DNA from: Octopus bimaculoides
Taxonomy: Eukaryota
Direction: 5' to 3'
Length of the DNA stretch: 32,483 nucleotides
Assembly (NCBI RefSeq): GCF_001194135.2
Contig: NC_068983.1
Location: 140,625,384-140,657,866, forward strand
The translations under genes and the position numbers were made by a program. Under the pieces are notes generated by a model. The model was not told where the DNA came from, ran no database searches, and was given only the letters and a program-made list of their open reading frames with translations. Of this stretch, positions 22,863-32,483 are shown in pieces. Position 1 is the stretch's first letter, and every line of letters begins with the position of its first letter.

Positions 22863-23095
22863 TGCCAAACTAACAAGGGGAAGCTGCTGACCTGCCCTGT
22901 TCGAAGGTTTTAAAGGACACAGGTTCGTGTGTCACATAGCGATGGCCTCTTGGAGCTAATACACGGCAGCATTCGTCCTAATTTTGGGATTGCCATGTTG
23001 GCTTGGCGATAACTATTAATATATATATATATATATATACATTTATACATATATATACTTTTATGCATGCACGCATGTAAGTATTTATGAATGTA

Positions 23096-24542
23096 CTAGT
23101 CTGATCAGTAAGTATCCGGACTGTTACCGTAGTAACGACGCAAAGAACTCAGAGTAAAGCCGCTTGGCAAAGTTTGACCGTTAACTCCTCTGAGCGCGAG
23201 CACTAAGTTTTATCGTTAAGACTCACTTCCGCTATCTAAAACATTGCTTGAAATGAAGGTGTGTGGCGCGTGATCGTCACATTGGCTATGAGAGAGGAAG
23301 TTGCCATGGTGTTACCTGCTCAGAAGCCTACGCAAAGTCATAGAAAGTGTATGAGATGCACACAAGTGTACGAATAGTTCAGACGTTTCCAAGATGGCCG
23401 AAAAATGTCGATATTGATGAACATCTTGGGAAACTAACTACCAGTAGAACTGAGAAAATAAATTTCGGATATGCGTGCAACTCTGAAGGGAAATCGTCGA
23501 ATCGTCACCCGTGAGTTATCAGAGGATGTGCAGATTAGTTATGGTTCAGTTCCCCTCTGTTCGTGCAGCTTCACCAGGCAGGGCGGTCTTGTGCTAGCGT
23601 TTCCAAGGTGTCTGGGTTGATCTCAAAGCTCTTCAGTAAGGCTTTGGGCATATCTTTGAAACGCTTTTTCGGTCCTACTTGCATGTGCGTGCCTTCTGCC
23701 AGTTCTCTTTGAAACAGTCTCTTGGGAAGTCGTGTGACAAGCATTTGAACAAGGTGTCTTGCCTACCTGAATTGCGCTCTGTTCAGTAGTGTGTAAATGC
23801 TTGGCAGATCAGCTCGGGAGAGGATCTCTGTGTCTGGAACCTTGCCTTGCCGGGTGATTTTCAGCAGCTTTCTCAAGTAGTTCAGTTTAATTTTTTGGCG
23901 TGATGTTCGTAAACCGTCTAAGTCTTGCGGGCGTACAGCAGCATTGGCAATACATTGTTTGGTACACCTTCAACTTGGTAGCCAGCCTAATGTCTCTTCT
24001 CGCCCACACTGATTCACCTAGCCGCTCGAATGCTGATTTTCCGAGGGGGTGCAACTCTGAGGGGAAATCGTCGAATCGTCACCCGTGAGTTATCAGAGGA
24101 TGTGCAGATTAGTTATGGTTCAGTTCAGTGTATTATCACTGACGATTTGAGTATGAGACGCGTGTCTGCCAAGTCTTTGCCAAAACTGCTTTCAGCTGGT
24201 CAAAAGGACACTCGGGTTTCAGTTGCACAAAATCTCCTTGACTGTGTCGAGAACGATGAAAACTTCTGGAAAACTTTGTTTCTGAGCAGTTATCACCAAG
24301 CTTTTGTCCAAATTTGATGCAGATTCTCTGCTCAACTTTCTCTGTCATGGTCAATGCGACAGTCACACGCTACACGCTTTCCTTCCAAGCACTGTCGTAA
24401 ACAGCGAAAGTGAACTAGAACGGTGAAACTTAGTGCGCATGCTCAGCAGATGTCAGGGTCAATCCGTGCCAAGCGGCTTAACTCTGCTTACTTTAGTTTT
24501 GTTACTATGGCAAAGGTCCGGATACTTATTGATCAGTCCACT
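23096..24542 (+). mobile_element. Non-autonomous mariner derivative with two 5' ends
   Basis: TIRs CTGATCA(G/A)TAAGTATCCGGAC and TA flanks (23094-95, 24543-44). Transposase N-terminus ...GNRRIVTRELSEDVQISYGSVQCIITDDLSMRRVSAK. The right ~265 bp is an inverted 5' end encoding MTEKVEQRICIKF. Confidence 0.85.
23553..24048 (-). mobile_element. RTE (BovB-like) LINE internal fragment nested in the mariner
   Basis: Minus-strand frames give VLPMLLYA..T*TVYEHHAKKLN, LPSIYTLLNRAQFR, RLPKRLF..ELAEG, GPKKRFKD, LAQDRPAW, typical of the post-RT region of RTE. A 78-bp direct repeat flanks it. Confidence 0.85.
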
Positions 24543-26559
24543 TATGCTTGTATGACTGTATTCCTATATACACTGAGGAAAACTGAATACAATTCAGAAA
24601 TGAATACAATTTTTAGCCAAGAATTACTAAGTTTGAAAATGATCAACTGAAAGCAGAATTATAGTAGACAATTTTTTCATCTTAGTTCCTTGTATCGACA
24701 TTCTATAGTTTTTTTTGCACGACATAAGAAATAGCGTAGAATTCGTAATGCAGTACAAATTCCATATCCTTAGGATAATTAATTATTTATCTAAAATTGG
24801 ATTTAATGCTACTCTTTGGTTAGCAAAAAAGAACGGAGAATGAAGTTGGTATTACTATTATTGTGGTCATGCGGCTCATCGATCTAAAATATGTAGCTAA
24901 AACTTCAATGTCAAATTGCACCAAGAAATCAGACAAATTATTACTAATTTGGAAGTATAAATTTCAAAGTATAACAGCATTTGTAAGATCAAACTTACCC
25001 GTGTCTCTATTGTTCACATTCTATTTTAATGAACTTTAATTAAGGAATAACTTTCCATTCTGTCAAGTCGTACATTAATCATTAAAATCATAATTATGTT
25101 TCTTCATGACGTGCGTAATATTAATTAAGCCATATTTCAATCCTCTTTCCGCAAATTAATCATTGTAGAAAACTTAATATTTCAATTTCATGTAGAACGT
25201 AACTCTGGGTATTTTTCTTAGTGTATTACTCGTTTCGTTGCCTAATAAATAATCTCCTGATCTGATTGCTCCGATTGAATGTTTAATAAGTATTTTGTAA
25301 ATGAATTTTAACATGAGCACGACATGTGTCAGGTTGTCATTGATTTCCAGTATATGTTCCCTGTTTTGTAACGATACATTGATTCTGTTGGCATTCACCT
25401 TTGTTTTTCATACCAAATTTATTATTCTCATAGTCCTAGTAAGTAAATGTGTAATTAAAATTATTTGGTACTAAAAGTAGCCCTATTTTGGCGATCCCCG
25501 TTTTGTAGTTAGAGTAACAGCCTATAGATATAGGGATTGCAGAGAATAGTTATCAAACATGAGTGTCATTTCAGTATAAGGATTACAAGCAAAATTATAT
25601 GATACATTATGTGCTGCCTCCGAGAGATAGTAAACCAATGCCCATTGGTGACTTTTACGTGATGCTGGATAGAGAAAGCTTTGTGAGGTCGGAGTCCAGT
25701 ATCAGTAATTTTTCAATGCGTGTAAGAACTAAATACTTAAACCTTGTGACAATGTGCTTTACAAAACGAAAGATTTCCATTACTCAAGTGCGACCAAGCC
25801 TAACTAAATGAACTAGTACAACTAGAATATGACGTAGGAAAAGGTTAGCAGTCTGATCTGTAGAGGGCACATCTAGCCCAAAGCAATATTTATTCCGTTG
25901 CACTTTGAAGGAAAGATTTTAAAACATTTCTGGCAGGATTTGGTGGTATGTCATCTTTTTTTTCTGACTAATGCAGTTACGATCCTCCCATCTGATTTTC
26001 GCTTCTGACTCTTGACACTAATATGTAATTGAGAATAAACCTACAAGAGATACGTAGTTTGTCGAACAATTTCAAAGAGGAGTCTGCAGAAACCTTCACC
26101 TACGAGTGAAATAGTGCTTGCATTCAAATTTAAAATTTCGTGAGAAGAAATCTACATAAAGTAATATGAAAAAATCAGAAAAAATTTAGGACCTATGAAG
26201 AAACTGCAATTTAATAAAAGTTGTAAGAAAGATGTTTTAAAATTAAAGAGTAATTATTTCTGAGTACAGGTGCGCCCTGGTTGTATACGAATTTTGCTCC
26301 TCCTGATTTGCGATTGAATCATGTTTTTATTACACTTCTTAATTTGTTTCTATTTTCTAAAGTATTGTTGAAATGAAATTGAAAAATGGTAAATCAGCAG
26401 AGATTTCCTTTCTTCAATATACAAGAATAACTTCTAAAGATTCAGAATGTTATTGAAATTGCGTAAATATTAAAGACATTAAAGAAACGTTCTACCAATG
26501 GGGAGCAATAAATTTGAAATCCCTATATTAATAGTATTTTCATATGTCGTACGAATGAA

Positions 26560-26649
26560 CGTATGTATGTACGTATGTATGTATGTACGTGTGTACGTAT
26601 GTATGTACGTGTGTACGTATGTATGTATGTACGTATGTACGTATGTATG
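26560..26649. repeat. Compound (GTAT/GTAC/GTGT) tetranucleotide microsatellite
   Basis: Seen directly. Confidence 0.9.
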
Positions 26650-27139
26650 AATGTGAACCAAATAAAAATCGTGTTTACTAAGTCAGTAAAGGAGTGGGTA
26701 AAAACATCCATTTATAGAATAGAACATTCGGGGTTTTAACCTGCACAGCTTTATGTAACAGAATGGTACTGCTGCAAGCACCAATACATTTTCTCAAGTA
26801 ATACTACTAAACAAACACCGAAGTATTATAATAAACAGAACCAAAATAATAATTTTATCCATATGAACGTGACAAGATACGCAACATGGTTTCGAAAATA
26901 TACAATCACAAAGTTGCACGTATGCTGGAAAGAAATTCAGAAATATATATTTTCCCGCTTCATCGTAGATGCAAGTATTATGCAGAAGCACATTTGACTG
27001 AAATGTATTGTCTAACTAAAGAAATACTCACCCTAATTACAAGTAAGAACTAGAATATGAACCCCAAACTTGCCCTGCTGCACTAGTTGCTCAGTGTATG
27101 ATGAGTTTCAGAGTAGCATACTTCACACATATCTATCTA

Positions 27140-27175
<36 letters not shown>

Positions 27176-27184
27176 CGTGTGTAT

Positions 27185-27917
27185 CTAAAGAGTAAACTTA
27201 TTCAATAAAATCGCCATTGGCTTCAACCACAGCTTCCGGATGACTTCGGAATCAACAGCAACTTTTCTGAACCGTACCCTTGTTTAAATTGGTGAATGCT
27301 GCTATAATCTTTGTCTTCAGTTCTTCTTTGTTGGTCTCTCGTTCAACTGCTCTCATAATAATCAAGGGGTTTGCAGTTTGGCGGCCAGATGTTAGGGGCG
27401 ATATTGTCGTAGAAATTGTCTGATTGCCATGGCTGGGTTCTCTTGCTTCTGTGGCATGGCTCAGTGTCCTGTTGCCTGGCTTAGGGTCTTCGAGCAGCCA
27501 CCCTCTTGACCTAGGGCAGTACTACGTCTTCCGGGCACATGGTGTAAGCTTCCATGTTGAGTCTGAGACAGTATGGAAAGATGAATGGAGGCATAACGTC
27601 GCCATCACTAGTGATTACTCCAAACACCATGACGTTGAGTGGATATTTGATTTTTTTTCATTCTTAGTACTTGTCCCCAGATTTCAGTGCCTTTTGATTG
27701 ACACCCAAACACTCTGAAATGTTCGTATTGGAGCTTCCTACGCAAATGCCACGCAGTACAGCATGTCGTTTCTAAATTTCTGGCAGAACGAATTGCGTCA
27801 TAGTGCTGTTTTAATCACAGACGGTGACTCACCGACCCTACTATACTATGTTGTCGAGAAAAGCAAAGACATATAAAGTGCATGTGCGAAATTAAAAATA
27901 TAAAATGGTGACCCTAT
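27185..27917 (-). mobile_element. Internally deleted Tc1/mariner element, maT/DD37D-like
   Basis: MTQFVLPE...ISECLGVN is fused to KYPLNVMVFGVITSDGDVMPPFIFP...QQDTEPCH...IWPPNCKPLDY...NGDFIE* (27801 to 27198). The D-D spacing is 34 here; the usual SPD of WPPNSPD is missing, so 37 is inferred. Confidence 0.8.
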
Positions 27918-27944
27918 ATGTAAACATGTATATANNNNNNNNNN

Positions 27945-27983
<39 letters not shown>

Positions 27984-28791
27984 ATCATATTTTCTTCGTT
28001 CATTCAGGGCTGAAACGGAGCTTGTACTTTTAAATAAAGTATGTGTGAATGTGTGTGCGTGCGTGCGTGCGTGTGGGTAGGTGTGTACTGAGAGTTATAA
28101 GAGACGAAAAGCGATGTATAAAGAACAAAGTATGTAGAATACATGCTGCCTGAAAATGCAAGCTTTTCGAGTGCCAGCAGAATTTACATAATAAACGCAA
28201 CATGCTGATTTAATAAAATATGATCACAGTATATTGATAAACCGGGACACTATATTATTAGCTTTCACCAGCTTTTATTTAAATGACTAATAAGATATTG
28301 TATTTTAATGAAGGTAAATTGGAAAGAGTTAAAGCTTAAATAGTGAGATGGAAAAACTACCGTGAGTTGCCAAATTGCCAACAATATACGAAATTAACAG
28401 TTACTAGAAGCTAATATACGTAATATAGTGAGATGCAAATTCCTAAATGATTAAAATTACACTTGTGGTCGTGTGGTAAATCATAATAATCGCGTGTGTA
28501 CGTTCGCTTTTGTATGGACGTTATTGTTCGAATGTGCTTCAGTTTAGTTTGTCAATTAAATCTTCTGACATCAACAACACCCATTAATATGAAATGATCA
28601 ACAGCTCTGAAAATGTTCCTATAAAAATCGTTAATAGACTGTAGAATCAACAGTTAAACATTTAGTATGTATCAACAAATACATTTCATACCTGTACATT
28701 ACGAACACAGTCAACCACACACCACTGCTCGCACGCAAACACAGAGAAACACAAACACNNNNNNNNNNTCGCACGCAAACACAGAGAAACA

Positions 28792-28838
<47 letters not shown>

Positions 28839-30743
28839 ACACACGCACACATATATGTATGCATAGAAACACATGCATACATAGATACAACCATCCATCA
28901 TATACGTATATGCATAATATGTATACTTATAAGCGTATGAATATATGTCTCTCTATATAAAATATATTTATATATACATGTATGTATATATAATCATATA
29001 TATACATATATATATATATGGCTATTTTTATGAGTGGACTTATGTATACACACTGGTTTGTACTTATGTAAAGCAGTGTAAAGTACTAATAATTTGACAT
29101 TCTTAAACCGGTACTGGCTTTCTGTTTGATGTGTCTTTAATATTAGCTTTTTTCAAACATATCATACCAGAAAGGCAAATTTAATATTAATATTGTCTCT
29201 GGGTTTAGATGCCGCATTCTGTTGAATTAAATGCCGTGTATATTTCATTAAATCTAAAACATTGCTTTTGTATAGAACTGCTTTCTTCATACGCTCTTGC
29301 GTTTAAACTGTATTTAGATTTTTAATTATATTTTATAGATATTTTGGCAAGAGAAGCTAACTGTTAATATCAACAAGTCTACGGCTTATTAATTTCCTTC
29401 ATGGACTACAATACCGCTATTCTATAAACACTGTTCACTGTAAAAACGTTATTAAACTTTTAATACATATATCTGCGTTTGCACACAGAGGCACACAGAC
29501 ACGCGCACTTACATACGCACATACAGGTAAACATATACTTTCATTCATATAAATATGCTTGCCTAAGTACATATATATTATCATATATGTATGTGTATGT
29601 GAATGTATATGTCCCTCTATGTTTATAAATTGATGTGTGGATGTATATGTGTATCCTAAATCTGAAATATATTATTTTCTCCCAGAAGAATTGCATTTAA
29701 AAACATCAGTATATTTAGATTTATATTACTTGCGAAAACGTACTTATTACTTTGTAAAGCTACACTGCAGGCAGAATATATAGTTACCCTTTCCTGAAAG
29801 AAAATTTGTATGCACTAATTTTGATAATTCTTTTACGTAGTAATCGTATGTACCTTAGAGAAGGCAACTATATTAATATATTAATATTCTATTAAAATAC
29901 TAAGGTCATACAAATGTATTCCCCTGTACAGTAGTTCCAATGAAAACATTCATATATTGAAACTATACTTGTAGATATTTAATCACTTACACTGATTTAT
30001 TGGCAGTTAAGTATTGATTATCATTCTGCATTACATCATTGCTTTAGTGGTCATAAATATTTTAATCATTTTAAACAAAGTTTGCATTTTTTTTTTCATC
30101 AGCTGATACACTAATTCTTTGATCTGAATGTTCATTTTGAAGATCTTATAAAATCTTATGTCAATTACCATATTACAATAGACCGGTGAAATTCAATTGA
30201 TACATTATTATTCAGGGACGAGAAAATTATTCAGATGGGTGAATATTGCCTTCCTTTTTTATATATAAATTGTGTCCTGTCGTTTCATTTTGATGCTGTT
30301 CAAAACATTGCATAGTCAAATTCTCCTACATGCCATATAATGCACTTCTAAGATTGCACTGTCAAGTGTTGGGAACATTTTGTGATGATGTTTCCATTAG
30401 ATATTACGGTGGTCGCTGGAGGATATGGAAATTATCGATATTCCGAAGCTTATTCTATGGTCTCCTCGAAATATGTTACTCAAAATGTTACAAGTCAACA
30501 TATTTAAAGAAGGCGGAGAAATTTAACTATCTAGCAGGTGTCTTCATTCAATATGAAAACGGAAACCATCATTAAATCTAAATGAATAGCTTTTCATCGC
30601 AAAGGAAACCCGCGTCTCGAGACGTCAAATATATTCATTTCCGAACCGTAAGCCATCTATCAGGTTGTAAAGAATTTATCTCAGAAGTCTTTCTCATGTT
30701 CTACTGTTTTATTATTTTATGTATTACCGTAAAAAAACATTTA

Positions 30744-31317
30744 TCTTTTATTCTTTAAGGTTCTCTTATTTTAGGCATTGGACTGAGGTCATGCTGAGAT
30801 TCTGCCTTGAATATTTTAGTAAAAAGTACCCCACCTCAGTACTTATTTGTTTGTAAATTTTTATATCTTTCTTATATTGCCAATCCGGTAAGTTACAAAG
30901 GCGTAAACAAACCAACACCGGTTTTTAAACGAGGGGCTGATAAAAGCAAACACAAAGACGCAAACAGTCACATGTATGTACATACATAAGCACGCTGTAT
31001 GTATATACACACGCATGTACGTACATACACACACACACACCTATATGCACAAACATATATGCGTGTGTGTGTGTGTATGTGTGGGTGTGTGCGTACGTGT
31101 GTGTGTGTGTGCGTACGTGTGTGTGTGTGTGTGTGCGTGTGTGTGTGTGTGTGTGCGTGTGAAACACTTCCACATTGTTTTCCTCTACCTAATTTACTTA
31201 TAGGTAGGCCCGGAGTAATAGCAGAAAACTCTTGCCAAAGATGTCACACAATGCGACTGAATATAAGATCGCGTTGCAAGTTCACATTTTTTTTACCACA
31301 CAACTATTTCAGCACCT
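30744..31317 (-). mobile_element. Full-length, diverged bipartite SINE with central (CA/TG) microsatellite
   Basis: The head (31160-31317) aligns with the SINE at 11-173. The microsatellite spans ~30965-31160. The 3' part (30744-30960) contains GTTGGTTTGTTTAC...GGCAGAATCTCAGCATGACCTCAGTC and an A-rich tail. Confidence 0.6.
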
Positions 31318-32407
31318 ATTACTAATTAAATTATTCAAACATAACTTCGTATGTATTCATTCATTTTTCCTTCTCGACTCTCATTGAGAAAATTGAATGT
31401 ATACAGATTCTTATTTAATGTGGAAAAAGGAAGTGTATGTAAAACTTTCTTGGAATACAATGAACTATGTGATTATGAATGCAATTAATTATAAACCACG
31501 ATATTGTTTATCAATCACAAAATATACAGTTCCTCATGGTATACTATAAAATGGCTCAAATTAATTTCGGAAAAGCAGAGAATGTTATGCCTTAGCAGGA
31601 GATATCAGCCGTAAACTGAAATTATTTGACGACAATGTGCAGCAAACAATCCTCCTCTTCATTATTATCGATAAGCATTTGAACAGCAAGCTCACAGCGT
31701 GCACCGGTTTCACATTGATGGTAAATAAAAAACAAGAGATATTTTCAATATCGTGGTTTCCGCCAGTACCCAACGTACGTTGCTCATCAAATGTTTATCA
31801 AGAATGGAGTTACTTTTTTTTGCAAACCAGGTATGTACGTACAAGATAAACAATAGTACATTTCATTCCCACAACTTCGGGAAAATAACGTTACAAATGG
31901 CGTTATGAAAATACAGAACAAAAGGAAACCAAATGTGCTACAAGATGGTAGTAATTAAAGGAAGCAGGGCATCTTGATTTCTACGGAGCATATGTATACA
32001 CATATAACTGTATGCAAAAGTACAGAGACTTGCACACATATGAGTGCGTATGTGAGTTTAAATATTTACACGTGTGCATGTATGCACACTTCGGTATTAA
32101 CACTCTAAGATCATAACTTTCTCAATGGATGAGACGTTTATTATTTCCCCAGGTTAGTATACATTTTAAGATTCCAAAATTCCAAATTATTTAAATATAA
32201 TGAAATGTCATATATAAATGACAAGGAAGAATGTAAACTTACTTTTTTGTATTAGCTGTTGTTATTTTGATTCCATTTCTGAAGATAAAAACTTAGTATA
32301 AATAATATTATACATCTTTTGTGCAAAGTAAATATTGATATTTTGTAACAGTTCACAATAACAGCTGGGATTGCTTGTTTCGTGTGTAAGATCGTAGGCG
32401 ATAAGTT

Positions 32408-32449
32408 ACATACATACATACATACATACATATATAGGTATATATATGC

Positions 32450-32483
<34 letters not shown>
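32408..32483. repeat. (TACA)n/(TA)n microsatellite
   Basis: Seen directly. Confidence 0.9.

Larger units (their letters stand above)
22309..23020. repeat. Complex inverted plus direct repeat of a 353-nt unit related to 21771-22206
   Basis: A(22309-434) B(22435-578) b(22579-595) rcA(22593-718) spacer(22719-812) rcB(22813-945) partial rcA(22946-23020). The direct-repeat period is 353 nt. TA/GA microsatellites flank it. Confidence 0.9.
1719..28768. other. Assembly gaps (N runs) at 1719-1742, 5409-5525, 11224-11331, 21631-21698, 27935-27944, 28759-28768
   Basis: Seen directly; most adjoin microsatellites. Confidence 0.98.

Noticed and set aside
24573-24612. CTGAGGA...TGAAT-ACA-ATTCA-GAAA
   Set aside because: Four extra nt separate the core from stem II, and stem I is absent.
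28729-28798. Exact 30-bp direct repeat on both sides of a 10-N gap
   Set aside because: Typical unmerged contig overlap; an assembly artefact.
2118-31325. Many listed ORFs rich in His/Thr, Val/Cys, poly-Leu, poly-Asn, poly-Ile or poly-Tyr
   Set aside because: They are translations of (CA)n, (TG)n, (TTA)n, (AAT)n and similar microsatellites, or antisense frames of LINEs.
31599-31720. Possible exon (AG...ATG|GTAAAT) with an open frame
   Set aside because: No polypyrimidine tract and no recognisable product.

Overview
AT-rich, microsatellite-dense eukaryotic DNA with six N gaps. The SINE, LINE and Tc1/mariner families resemble those I recall from cephalopod (Octopus-like) genomes; this is inference, not verified. 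I found no intact host gene. Most listed ORFs are microsatellite translations or decayed transposon pieces. Mobile elements: two tRNA-head SINE types, a hAT MITE with an 8-bp TSD, a tandem run of R4/Dong-like RLE LINE pieces in (AAT)n tracts, two Tx1/L1-like LINEs (one a TSD-bounded, ORF1-only 1.87-kb element), a mariner derivative with two 5' ends carrying an RTE fragment with a 78-bp duplication, a deleted DD37D-like Tc1/mariner element, and two long foldback inverted repeats. The most interesting signal is non-coding. Two minimal type I hammerhead ribozyme folds with intact catalytic cores lie at 1845-1910 and 22100-22144, and a degenerate inverted pair lies at 22529-22575 and 22816-22862. 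The latter three sit in two related ~350-365-nt repeat units next to (TA)n tracts, arranged as partial tandem/inverted dimers. This looks like a retrozyme-like or Penelope pseudo-LTR-derived self-cleaving RNA family.
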